From positions 1 to 30,458 of the forward strand of contig JANTFK010000001.1 of NCBI GenBank assembly GCA_024763595.1: DNA of 30,458 nt, written 5' to 3'. The DNA comes from Bacteroidales bacterium. Its GTDB lineage: Bacteria > Bacteroidota > Bacteroidia > Bacteroidales > GCA-2748055. A program made the translations under genes and the position numbers. Shown piece by piece: positions 7,279 through 16,026 of this stretch. Numbering within the stretch: position 1 is the first letter of the stretch; the number at the start of each line of letters is the position of its first letter. The notes under the pieces are model-generated. The model was not told the DNA's origin and ran no database searches. It saw nothing but the letters and a program-made list of their open reading frames with translations.

Positions 7279-8025
7279 CTAGTAGAATACCCAACCGAAA
7301 ATGATTGCAGTTCCATACCCCTGTCCTGTCGGACTGATGGCAGGGTTGTTTTCTGCTGCAGTATAGATGATTGCGATCTCCCAGCCTCTGGCTCCTTCAA
7401 AACAACCGGTACTTTGATCTCCAATATAACGGCCGTTTCGACGAAACCAGGAGTTTCCTTCTTCGTCAAATTGAAAGGGCAGATTCTCTGCTTCCATTTG
7501 AAGAGTGCCACACTCCAGTTCATAGAATCCCTCTCCATAGCCGTCATGGTCAGGAAGACAGAACACAGGAACATATTCACTGTAGACGGATCTGCAGAAC
7601 CATTCACCTTCTGCAATTGCTATACCAGTTATACCTCCAGGACCTTCTGGACAAGCCCCTGTTGGGGTTCCATCCAAATTAAAGCAGGGGATCCCCTGTC
7701 CTGGTTCGCAGGAACTTACAGGATAGAATTGCAGGTCGTATCCCAGTTTCATCAGTACAGGATGCCATCTGCCTTGCCATTTGCTACGCCATTTGTTTGA
7801 AGATTTTAAAGCTGGTTCAGAGAGAAATGCCTCACCGGGTCCCTGATTGAACAGGGCCATATCCTCCTCGGTCATAAATGAGGCAATCTCTTCAGGGATC
7901 TCAGGAATGGTGAATTCCGACTCCAGATCTTTGATTTCCTGATCGGTTGCAAGGTCCTTTTTTTCACAAGAGACCACAAATGCACACATCAGGAGGAATG
8001 CAAGAAAAATTCCGGGTGTTTTCAT
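7279..8025 (-). CDS. Hypothetical lipoprotein, Cys-rich
   Basis: 248 aa; signal peptidase II signal MKTPGIFLAFLLMCAFVVS-C followed by an acidic stretch (EKKDLATDQE). Seven further cysteines occur in the mature part. Confidence 0.8.
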   Translation of the reverse strand: MKTPGIFLAFLLMCAFVVSCEKKDLATDQEIKDLESEFTIPEIPEEIASFMTEEDMALFNQGPGEAFLSEPALKSSNKWRSKWQGRWHPVLMKLGYDLQFYPVSSCEPGQGIPCFNLDGTPTGACPEGPGGITGIAIAEGEWFCRSVYSEYVPVFCLPDHDGYGEGFYELECGTLQMEAENLPFQFDEEGNSWFRRNGRYIGDQSTGCFEGARGWEIAIIYTAAENNPAISPTGQGYGTAIIFGWVFY

Positions 8026-8102
8026 GATTATAATGTGAGATGAATAATTGGTGTATCATCTAACCAAATTATAATCAGCTCAAGTTGGGTGCTTTGGTAT
8101 GC

Positions 8103-8129
8103 GTCTCAAAGAATTTTCTCTCAGTCTCA
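8103..8129 (-). promoter_or_regulatory. Direct repeat TGAGAC x2 with 21-bp period; candidate AraC-domain binding site upstream of the lipoprotein gene
   Basis: GTCTCA at 8103-8108 and 8124-8129 on the + strand, in the gap between the regulator stop and the lipoprotein start. Confidence 0.45.
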
Positions 8130-8143
8130 TTACTCAGATAATC

Positions 8144-10306
8144 TCATTTTTTGCACGCTCGCGGATTTATACCATACGTTTCAGTGAACAGCTTACTAAA
8201 ATGGGAAAGATTTCTGAAACCGCTGGCGAAAGCTGCGTCAGACACATTGCTTTCTGTTTCTTCAAGCAATTTCTTTGCGTTCTGCAAACGCATGGTGCGG
8301 ATGCAATCATAGACAGATTTATCGGCAAGTGCCTGAAATTTCCTGTATAGCTGTGCCCTGCTCATCCCTACCGAAAGACAAATTTCTGCTATGCCAAAGG
8401 ATTCGTTGTGAAGATTTGCTCCAATGGTATCAAAAACCTTTCTCATAAATGAATCTTCATTATTTCCTGATTTTAACTTAGCTAACATCTCATACCCTGG
8501 CATAGAATACCTCTCCTGAAGACTTTTTCTTAAGTTAATTAACTTCTGCACTCTCATTTTTAACTCCTCTTCAGCAAAAGGTTTGGACAGGTAAGCATCG
8601 GCTCCCAGGTCGAGTCCTGCAAGCTTGGAGGGTAAATCTGCTTTCGCCGTAAGGATGATAATGGGAATATGGCTGGTTCTGAAATCCGATTTAAGCTGTT
8701 TTACCAGAGCGTAGCCATCCATTACAGGCATCATCAGATCCGTTATAATAATATCCGGAATCGTTTCGGTGGCCCGGTCAAGACCATCCTGCCCGTCTGA
8801 AGCTACTATAATACTGTATTCTGATTCGAGGATGGAACTGACATAAGATATCATATCCCTGTTGTCTTCGACGAGTAACAGGAGGGGGAAACGCTTCTCT
8901 GTATCCATCCATGTATCAGGGAAAGTCCCAGGTGATTGAAAACTCTTTGTTTCACTGCCATCTCCCTCCTTGAAAATGAAATCTTCTGTATTTATTTTAG
9001 ATGCATATTTCGTAACTGGTAACCGGACCGTAAACCTGGAACCTTCACCCACCTTGCTTTCGACCTGGATCTTTCCTCCCAGAAGATACACCAGCTCCCT
9101 GGTGATGGTAAGGCCTAACCCGGTACCCGCCTGATCTGCATCATGGTCTGTTCCTGCCTGGTAGTAGCTATCAAAAACATAAGGGATATTCTCCTCCGGT
9201 ATACCTGCACCATTATCCTTTACCTTTATAAAAAATTCCTCACCCGATCTGTCCTGTTGCGTGAATGATTGCACCGCAATATCCCCACCAGGAGAAGTGA
9301 ATTTAACGGCATTTGATATCAGGTTCGAGATAATGGCTCCCAGTTTGTCCCTGTCGAAGTCCATGATCATCCTGTCTGTATCAGCCGAGAAAGTTAGATT
9401 GATCCCTTTCGGGAGTGCGAGGGATTGAAAAGATTCGATCATGACCCTCATGAAATCAACGATATTTCCCTGCACCAGGTGGACAGGCATCGATCCGGCC
9501 TCAATCCTCGACAGATCCAGCATCTGATTAATCTGTTTTAGTACCTGTCTCCCGTTCCGGATGATCATTTCATGCTTCTCACTGTCCTGCCTATCCGGCC
9601 TGTTCTTTAATTGTTCAGCAGTACCAAGGATTATGGTCAGGGGAGTTCTGCATTCGTGGGATATATATGTGAAGAGCCTTGTACGGGTCTCATCCAGCTC
9701 TTTCAGCCTGGCCATTTCAGCCTCCTCCTCTCTGATCCTTGCACGGATATAGTTCACCACAAACAAAAAAATATACCCTGATATCCAGACCGCATTTACA
9801 GTGAAAAAGAGATGATTGATCTGCGGGGTCAATTCGTCCGGTATCTGCAGGAAGGGCTGAAGTATACCTGCAGCGATGATGGTCATGGAATACAATACCG
9901 CAAGGCTTAAAGTAATCCTGACTTTCTGGAAAACCACCGAAAAAACCACTGCGGCCAGTCCGACGAACACAATACCTATGGAAGTCGCAATGCCTCCAAG
10001 GAATAGAATACAGATGAAGGAAGAGAGTATTAGCAAAGCCTGGGCCATGATCCCAAACCACTCCATGTTCCTTTTCATCAAGCCAAATACCAGCGCATTG
10101 GCTGAATATAAGATCAATAGGAAAAGGCCGTAAATAACAAGGACCTGCAGCTGTAGAAAATACATGATTAGGGTCAGGCATCCCACAAAAACAACAACAA
10201 CAACAGAACCCAGGACAATTGTTCTTCTTGTAATAACAGAAGGCCCTTCCGAAGTCTTTGATCTCAGAAAGATATCCAAGCGGTCTATAACATTCCCAAG
10301 GGGCAT
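8144..10306 (-). CDS. Hybrid two-component regulator: ~6 TM helices, histidine kinase, receiver domain and AraC HTH
   Basis: H-box FTYISHECRTPL, N-box IISNLISNAVKF, G-boxes VKDNGAGI and GTGLGL, receiver LLVEDN...IITDLMMPVMDG, and C-terminal AraC HTH (MSRAQLYRK...SGFRNLSHFSKLF). Confidence 0.93.
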   Translation of the reverse strand: MPLGNVIDRLDIFLRSKTSEGPSVITRRTIVLGSVVVVVFVGCLTLIMYFLQLQVLVIYGLFLLILYSANALVFGLMKRNMEWFGIMAQALLILSSFICILFLGGIATSIGIVFVGLAAVVFSVVFQKVRITLSLAVLYSMTIIAAGILQPFLQIPDELTPQINHLFFTVNAVWISGYIFLFVVNYIRARIREEEAEMARLKELDETRTRLFTYISHECRTPLTIILGTAEQLKNRPDRQDSEKHEMIIRNGRQVLKQINQMLDLSRIEAGSMPVHLVQGNIVDFMRVMIESFQSLALPKGINLTFSADTDRMIMDFDRDKLGAIISNLISNAVKFTSPGGDIAVQSFTQQDRSGEEFFIKVKDNGAGIPEENIPYVFDSYYQAGTDHDADQAGTGLGLTITRELVYLLGGKIQVESKVGEGSRFTVRLPVTKYASKINTEDFIFKEGDGSETKSFQSPGTFPDTWMDTEKRFPLLLLVEDNRDMISYVSSILESEYSIIVASDGQDGLDRATETIPDIIITDLMMPVMDGYALVKQLKSDFRTSHIPIIILTAKADLPSKLAGLDLGADAYLSKPFAEEELKMRVQKLINLRKSLQERYSMPGYEMLAKLKSGNNEDSFMRKVFDTIGANLHNESFGIAEICLSVGMSRAQLYRKFQALADKSVYDCIRTMRLQNAKKLLEETESNVSDAAFASGFRNLSHFSKLFTETYGINPRACKK

Positions 10307-10362
10307 ATTCCCAGGATTAATCTGGAGTTAAATGTCTGAGAACTAATACAAATAAAGATATG

Positions 10363-10392
10363 AAAAAAAAGGGAATAATATCTCTATTCCCT
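10363..10392 (-). terminator. Putative intrinsic terminator on the minus strand, upstream of yjbQ
   Basis: 8-bp stem AGGGAATA (10370-10377) / TATTCCCT (10385-10392) with a 7-nt loop; the A-run at 10363-10370 gives a U-tract on the minus strand. Confidence 0.55.
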
Positions 10393-10471
10393 GCTCACTC
10401 AATATGCGCATTTCCGGAGGATTGGTTAGTTTTGTGTGTACGATCTCGATCAATACCACATTATATCCATT

Positions 10472-10879
10472 ATGATGCAGCGCACCATCCAAATATCCAC
10501 ACCCGCCCATAACGGCCTCTATGACATCACCCGTCAGGTGGAGACCATCGTAGCGGAATCCGGCGTGCACACCGGTATGGTGAATGTTTATGTCCAGGGC
10601 GCCACAGCAGGGATTATGATCCAGGAGAACTGGGACGATTCGGTGCAGCAGGATGTGATCACCCTGCTCAATAAACTGATTCCTTCAGGTGTCTGGGAGC
10701 ATGATCACCAGGATAACAACGGCGATGCCCATCTGAAAGCAGGGATCGTGGGGCCGCAGGAGACCATCCCCGTTGTGGATGGCAAACTGGGGCTCTCCAC
10801 CTGGCAGAATATTTTCTTATGTGAATTTGACGGGCCCCGTAACCAGAGAAAAATTTTGGTTACCGTCACTCCTGAATGA
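10472..10879 (+). CDS. yjbQ: YjbQ/UPF0047 family protein (annotated as secondary thiamine-phosphate synthase)
   Basis: HDHQDNNGDAHLKA and GKLGLSTWQNIFLCEFDGPRNQRKI motifs. Start is ATG 10472 or 10475 rather than the track's 10436. The 3' end overlaps queG by 14 nt. Confidence 0.92.
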   Translation: MMQRTIQISTPAHNGLYDITRQVETIVAESGVHTGMVNVYVQGATAGIMIQENWDDSVQQDVITLLNKLIPSGVWEHDHQDNNGDAHLKAGIVGPQETIPVVDGKLGLSTWQNIFLCEFDGPRNQRKILVTVTPE

Positions 10880-11804
10880 AACGTAAAGTGCGCTTGATTT
10901 TGTCGTATCCTGCCCTTTGCAGGGGAGAATCCCGAAACATGTGCTGATACCGGCCATGGTCCAGGTTGTTCCAGTCAGATGTTGTCATTTCCAGTAGCTC
11001 CGGGTGTGGATCAAATGCCGGTTCACGATGCTGCAAAGCCTTCTTGTTCCAGGGACACACATCCTGGCAGATATCACATCCGAAGATCCGGTTGTTAAGT
11101 TTTCCCTCCAGATCACTTGAGATCTCTCCCTTGTTTTCGATGGTCTGGTAGGAGATGCATTTTTTTGCATCCAGCGTCCGGTTATCCAGAATGGCCCCGG
11201 TGGGGCATGCATCAATACATCGGGTGCAGGTTCCGCAATGATCTTCTTCCCGGAAGGTATTGTAATCCAGTTCAAGGTTCAGGATGATCTCGCCTATAAA
11301 CAGGAAAGAGCCTGCACACCTGGATATGAGGCTGGAATTTTTACCGATCCATCCCAAACCGGCCCTTTGTGCCCAGCTCCGTTCCAGCACCGGGGCCGAA
11401 TCAACAAAAACCCTGCCTGTGGCTCCAGAATGTAATGATTTGATATAATCAAACAGCTCATACATTCTCTCCTTCATCACCAGGTGGTAATCCCTCCCAT
11501 AGGCATATTTAGACAGCACCGGGGCCTCAGGATCTGTCTGTTTCCTCTCGGTATAATAATTATAGAGCAGCGAGATTACTGTACGGGCCCCTTCCACCAG
11601 TCTGGTCGGATCGGTACGTTTTTCGAAATGGTTGGCCATATAGCCCATGCCGGCATGGTATCCCTGTTTCAGCCACTTTCCCAGCCTTTCTGTATCTTCC
11701 TTAAGCACTTCAGCCCTGGAAAATCCGCAATCGGTAAACCCCAGACGTACCGCCTCCTCCCTGATGGTCCTGGATATTTCCGGTATAGATTTTTGGTTTC
11801 CCAT
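10866..11804 (-). CDS. queG: Epoxyqueuosine reductase
   Basis: SKYAYGRDYH, VDSAPVLER, GLGWIGKNS, and two Fe-S cysteine clusters CGTCTRCIDACPT and CDICQDVCPWN. Confidence 0.95.
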   Translation of the reverse strand: MGNQKSIPEISRTIREEAVRLGFTDCGFSRAEVLKEDTERLGKWLKQGYHAGMGYMANHFEKRTDPTRLVEGARTVISLLYNYYTERKQTDPEAPVLSKYAYGRDYHLVMKERMYELFDYIKSLHSGATGRVFVDSAPVLERSWAQRAGLGWIGKNSSLISRCAGSFLFIGEIILNLELDYNTFREEDHCGTCTRCIDACPTGAILDNRTLDAKKCISYQTIENKGEISSDLEGKLNNRIFGCDICQDVCPWNKKALQHREPAFDPHPELLEMTTSDWNNLDHGRYQHMFRDSPLQRAGYDKIKRTLRFIQE

Positions 11805-11856
11805 GAACTAAATACGCTGTACTGTGTACTGTCCACTGAGCACAATGAATTGTGCA

Positions 11857-12180
11857 CTACAAAAATCCCAGCTCCAGTTTGGCTTCCTCGCTGAGCATCG
11901 ATTTATCCCACGGTGGATCAAAAACCAGGTTAACATTTGCTTTTTCCACACCCTCTACCGACTTCACTGCATTTTCCACATCCATGATCAGCATGTCCAC
12001 AAGGGGACAGTTGGGTGCGGTGAGGGTCATCGTGATATTGGCCTCTTTTTTATCGGTGTAATCTATTTCATAAATAAGCCCCAGATCATATACATTGACA
12101 GGTATTTCCGGGTCAAATACCTGCTTCAATGCCTCTACGATTTTTCCTTCTATCTCTAAAAAATCAATTGGTTCACTCAT
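11857..12180 (-). CDS. sufT: DUF59/SufT-like Fe-S cluster assembly protein
   Basis: DPEIPVNVYDLGLIY and MTLTAPNCP motifs; directly follows sufE. Confidence 0.9.
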   Translation of the reverse strand: MSEPIDFLEIEGKIVEALKQVFDPEIPVNVYDLGLIYEIDYTDKKEANITMTLTAPNCPLVDMLIMDVENAVKSVEGVEKANVNLVFDPPWDKSMLSEEAKLELGFL

Positions 12181-12616
12181 GGTCCTTATTTTTTAATTCC
12201 CTGGCCTGGTAGGCCATGGCATACAGGCGCATCTTTTTTACCATGGCCAGCAATCCGTTCGAACGTGTGGGCGAGAGGTTCTGGCTCAGCCCGATAGCAT
12301 CTATAAAGGTGAGTTCATTCTCCAGAATCTCTGCCGGTGTATGTCCGTTAAGCACTTTGACCAGCAGTGCAACAATACCCTTTACGATAATAGCATCGCT
12401 GTCCGCCTGATATACCATCTTTCCATCCACCAGGTCTGCATGGAGCCATACTTTTGACTGGCAGCCATTGATCAGGTATTCAGTTGTATGATACCGGGGG
12501 TCAATGGACGGAAGCTCGTTCCCCAGTTCGATCAAGTAATTGTACCTGTCGATCCAGTCCTCAAATACTGAAAACTCATCTACAATATTCTGTTGTATAT
12601 CTTTCAGGTTTGTCAT
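12173..12616 (-). CDS. sufE: Cysteine desulfuration protein SufE
   Basis: INGCQSKVW with the acceptor Cys, ADSDAIIVKG and LSPTRSNGL. Confidence 0.95.
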   Translation of the reverse strand: MTNLKDIQQNIVDEFSVFEDWIDRYNYLIELGNELPSIDPRYHTTEYLINGCQSKVWLHADLVDGKMVYQADSDAIIVKGIVALLVKVLNGHTPAEILENELTFIDAIGLSQNLSPTRSNGLLAMVKKMRLYAMAYQARELKNKDHE

Positions 12617-12628
12617 GATATAAGCATG

Positions 12629-13849
12629 TTACGAAAGCATCGCTATGCATTTCTTAATTCCATCTATCAGCATATCAACCTCTTCCCTTGTATTATAGAA
12701 CACCAGGGATGCCCGGATGGTTCCGGGAATGCCGAAATGATCCATCACCGGCTGAGTGCAGTGTGTTCCGGTGCGGACCGCTATACCCATTTTATCGAGG
12801 ATCATGCCAGCATCATAGGGATGTATATTCGCCAGCAGGAAGGAGAAAACAGATATGCGTTCCTGCGCACTCCCCACCAGCGTCAACTCCCCGATCTTTT
12901 CCAACTGCTCCCTGGTGTACCTGATCAGCGCTTTTTCATATTGCACAATCTCGTTGATACCCACATTGTTCAGGTAGTCAATAGCTGCGGCAAGGCCGAT
13001 GGCACCTGTAAAATTGGTGGTGCCTGCCTCAAACTTAAATGGCAATGTATTGTAAGTGGTGCCCTCCAGGGTTACCTGGTCCACCATATCGCCGCCCCCC
13101 TGGTAAGGGGGAAGGGTATCCAGCAGCGATTCTTTTCCATACAGTATCCCTGAACCGGTTGGACCGAATACCTTATGAGCCGAAAAGAGATAAAAATCGC
13201 AATCCAGTTCCCGTACATCCACCGGCCCATGCTGAATCATCTGTGCCCCGTCCAACAGAACCGGGATCCCCCTTGCATGGGCCATGCGAATCACCTCTTT
13301 TACAGGATTGATGGTTCCCAGGGAGTTGGACGCATGCACCAGTGCAACGATCCTGGTTTTTTCATTGAGCAGACTATCCAGTTCATCTGTCTTCAACTCG
13401 CCCTGTTCATTGAACGGGATCACCCTCAGGTGTGCGCCTTTTCTTTCGCACAACATTTGCCAGGGTACAATGTTGGAGTGGTGCTCCATTTCGGAAATGA
13501 TAATCTCATCACCCGTTTTTACATATCTTTCTCCGAACGAGAAAGCCACAGTATTGATGGAGCCTGTTGCCCCGCTGGTGAAAATAATCTCACCGGACGA
13601 AGCGGCATTGATAAAACTTCTGACACGCTCCCTGGCAGCTTCATAACGGGCGGTCATCTGGTCACTGAGGAAATGAATGCCCCGGTGAACCGAACTGTTG
13701 TGCATTTCCTGGAGTTCCCGGACAGTATCAATGACCACCTGTGGTTTATGGGTGGTGGCGCCATTGTCGAGATAGACCAGGGGCTTGTTGTATACCCGCT
13801 GCTTCAGGATGGGAAAATCATTGCGTATTTGATCGACAGGGAAACTCAT
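12629..13849 (-). CDS. sufS: Cysteine desulfurase SufS
   Basis: YLDNGATT, SAHKVFGPTG (PLP lysine) and RTGTHCTQP (group II catalytic Cys). Likely start is ATG 13849 (MSFPVDQIR). Confidence 0.95.
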   Translation of the reverse strand: MSFPVDQIRNDFPILKQRVYNKPLVYLDNGATTHKPQVVIDTVRELQEMHNSSVHRGIHFLSDQMTARYEAARERVRSFINAASSGEIIFTSGATGSINTVAFSFGERYVKTGDEIIISEMEHHSNIVPWQMLCERKGAHLRVIPFNEQGELKTDELDSLLNEKTRIVALVHASNSLGTINPVKEVIRMAHARGIPVLLDGAQMIQHGPVDVRELDCDFYLFSAHKVFGPTGSGILYGKESLLDTLPPYQGGGDMVDQVTLEGTTYNTLPFKFEAGTTNFTGAIGLAAAIDYLNNVGINEIVQYEKALIRYTREQLEKIGELTLVGSAQERISVFSFLLANIHPYDAGMILDKMGIAVRTGTHCTQPVMDHFGIPGTIRASLVFYNTREEVDMLIDGIKKCIAMLS

Positions 13850-13856
13850 CTGCAGG

Positions 13857-15233
13857 TTATTCTTCGTCACAATGCATGGCACAGTTATTACACCGGGAAA
13901 GTTCGCCGCGAAGCCGCTTACCTACCAGATCTGTAATCCTGTCGCGCAGGGAAGGTTGCTTGATCTTTGAGAGTACATCCTGGGCAAAAGCATCCATCAG
14001 CATTAAACGGCTTTCGTCCCTGCTGATCCCGCGCGACTGCAAGTAAAAGAGTGCATCCTCATCCAGTTGCCCCACGGTGGCTCCGTGACTGCATTTTACA
14101 TCATCGGCATAGATCTCCAGCTGCGGTTTGGTATTCATTCTGGCTGTATCGGTGAGCAGGATATTGTTGTTGGCCTGGAAAGCCTCGGTCTTCTGGGCAT
14201 TGGGGTGCACATGGATCCTGCCATGAAATGCGCCGGTGGAGGCATCATCCAGCACCCCCTTGTAGTGCTGGTCGCTGGTGCAGTTCGGACTGGCATGTTC
14301 AATGACCGTATAGCTGTCCACATGTTGCAGTTTGTCAATCAGGAAGAGACCGAGTTCACGGGAAGAGGCGCCTTCCCCCTCCATTTTCACATGCAGGTTG
14401 TTCCGGACCATGCTGCCATGCAGTGTAATGTTGCCATGCTGGCAGTGGGACGCGCGCTCCTGCCTGATCCACGTATTGGTCACCTGGCACGAATTGTTAT
14501 GTTCATTCTGCAACCTCAACAGATCCAGGTCCGCATGTTCTCCCACACTCACTTCAGATACAGAATTGGTAAGGAACATATGGGGAGAGAGGGTGTGGTC
14601 ACAGATAATTACCTGGGCTGTTGTGTTTTTTTCAAGCACAAAAAGGTTCCTGTGATGCACCATCTGGTTCTTATCAGAGAGCAGCAGGTGGATGATCTGT
14701 ACCGGTTTGTCCATCTGCACACCTTCGGGTACATAGAGAAAAATGCCATCCTGTGCAAAGGCCGTGTTCAGGGAAACAAATGCTTCCTTGTCCAGCGGGG
14801 CAATTTTCCCCAGATGAGCCGATACCAGGTCTGGATAGCGGCGAATTGCCTCCCTGAGCCCCCCTACAATAATCCCGTTGTCCAGTTCATGCAGGGCGGA
14901 TTTACCGGGATGGTGGAAGACACCATTCAATACGGTTAACACATGGGCATCGAGCATGGGTACATCGCAAAGAAAAAGATCATTGTCATCGAAGGCTATC
15001 TTTCTCGGCGAGAAGTCGAATGAAAATTCACCATCAAACACCGGTTCCAGGTGTGTGTGTTTATATAACTCTGCTTTTCGCGCGGGAAAACCTGTCTTCT
15101 CAAATGACCGGATGCCCTGCTCTCTCAGATCTTTTACGAAATCAGGATCCCCATCCCCGATCTGTTCCCTGTTTGTCCGGAACAGTTCAAGATATTTCGC
15201 CGTGGTGGTCAGTGTCTCAATTGTATCTTTCAT
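13857..15233 (-). CDS. sufD: Fe-S cluster assembly protein SufD
   Basis: FVSLNTAF and TKPQLEIYADDVKCSHGATVGQLD; lies between sufC and sufS. Confidence 0.95.
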   Translation of the reverse strand: MKDTIETLTTTAKYLELFRTNREQIGDGDPDFVKDLREQGIRSFEKTGFPARKAELYKHTHLEPVFDGEFSFDFSPRKIAFDDNDLFLCDVPMLDAHVLTVLNGVFHHPGKSALHELDNGIIVGGLREAIRRYPDLVSAHLGKIAPLDKEAFVSLNTAFAQDGIFLYVPEGVQMDKPVQIIHLLLSDKNQMVHHRNLFVLEKNTTAQVIICDHTLSPHMFLTNSVSEVSVGEHADLDLLRLQNEHNNSCQVTNTWIRQERASHCQHGNITLHGSMVRNNLHVKMEGEGASSRELGLFLIDKLQHVDSYTVIEHASPNCTSDQHYKGVLDDASTGAFHGRIHVHPNAQKTEAFQANNNILLTDTARMNTKPQLEIYADDVKCSHGATVGQLDEDALFYLQSRGISRDESRLMLMDAFAQDVLSKIKQPSLRDRITDLVGKRLRGELSRCNNCAMHCDEE

Positions 15234-15244
15234 CCGGTTTCCCG

Positions 15245-16003
15245 TTATGCTTTCAGGTCCACCTCCTGTTTAATCCAGTCGTAACCGTGTTCTTCAAGCT
15301 CCTTTGCCAGTTTTTTATCGCCCGATTTCACAATTCGTCCCTTGTAAAGTACATGGACAAAGTCGGGTACAATATAATCAAGCAGACGCTGGTAATGAGT
15401 TATCACAATGGTTGCATTTTCCGGTGAACGCAGTTTGTTTACTCCATTGGCTACGATGCGCAGCGCATCAATATCCAGTCCGGAGTCGGTTTCATCCAGA
15501 ATAGCCAGTTTAGGCTCCAGGAGCGCCATCTGGAATATCTCATTCTTCTTTTTCTCTCCCCCCGAAAATCCTTCATTCACAGAACGGTTGGTAAGGTCAG
15601 AGTTGATTTCTACCACTTTTTTCTTCTCACGCATCAGTTTCAGAAAATCACCCGCCGGCAGCGGTTTCTCGCCCCTGTACTCCCGCTTGGAGTTAATGGC
15701 TGCACGCAGGAAGTTCACCATGCTCACACCCGGGATTTCCACCGGGTATTGAAAACCAAGGAAAATTCCTGCCCTTGCCCTGTCTTCCGGGGTCAGTTCG
15801 GTCAGGTCCTTCCCTTCATATAAGATCTTTCCGTGGGTGATGTCGAAATAATTACGCCCGGCCAGTGCCGAAGCCAGTGTGCTTTTACCTGATCCGTTGG
15901 GACCCATGATGGCATGTACCTCACCGGCACGGACCGAAAGATTAATCCCTTTCAGGATCTCCTTATCTTCAATTTTTACTCTTAAATCTTTTATATCAAG
16001 CAT
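15245..16003 (-). CDS. sufC: Fe-S cluster assembly ATPase SufC
   Basis: Walker A GPNGSGKST, FQYPVEIPGV, signature GFSGGEKK and Walker B ILDETDSGLDID. Confidence 0.97.
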   Translation of the reverse strand: MLDIKDLRVKIEDKEILKGINLSVRAGEVHAIMGPNGSGKSTLASALAGRNYFDITHGKILYEGKDLTELTPEDRARAGIFLGFQYPVEIPGVSMVNFLRAAINSKREYRGEKPLPAGDFLKLMREKKKVVEINSDLTNRSVNEGFSGGEKKKNEIFQMALLEPKLAILDETDSGLDIDALRIVANGVNKLRSPENATIVITHYQRLLDYIVPDFVHVLYKGRIVKSGDKKLAKELEEHGYDWIKQEVDLKA

Positions 16004-16026
16004 AATTCACTCATTATTATAAAGCT

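Larger units (their letters stand above)
7225..10624. mobile_element. Putative integrated segment B (lipoprotein, hybrid kinase and current yjbQ 5' end), integrase-less
   Basis: Lies between the breakpoint of yjbQ copy 2 and the equivalent position (ATGATCCAG, 10616-10624) in intact yjbQ. Mobility is inferred only from the flanking repeats. Confidence 0.4.

Noticed and set aside
7188-7800. Overlapping ORFs of 142, 103 and 128 aa around the lipoprotein gene
   Set aside because: They are alternative-frame or antisense shadows; only the 248-aa frame has a lipoprotein signal and a coherent composition.
13175-14939. Long plus-strand ORFs (253 aa at 13175 and 290 aa at 14067)
   Set aside because: They lie fully antisense to sufS and sufD, have no recognisable motifs, and are expected shadows of codon bias in GC-rich genes. 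The same applies to the other short nested or antisense ORFs in the track.
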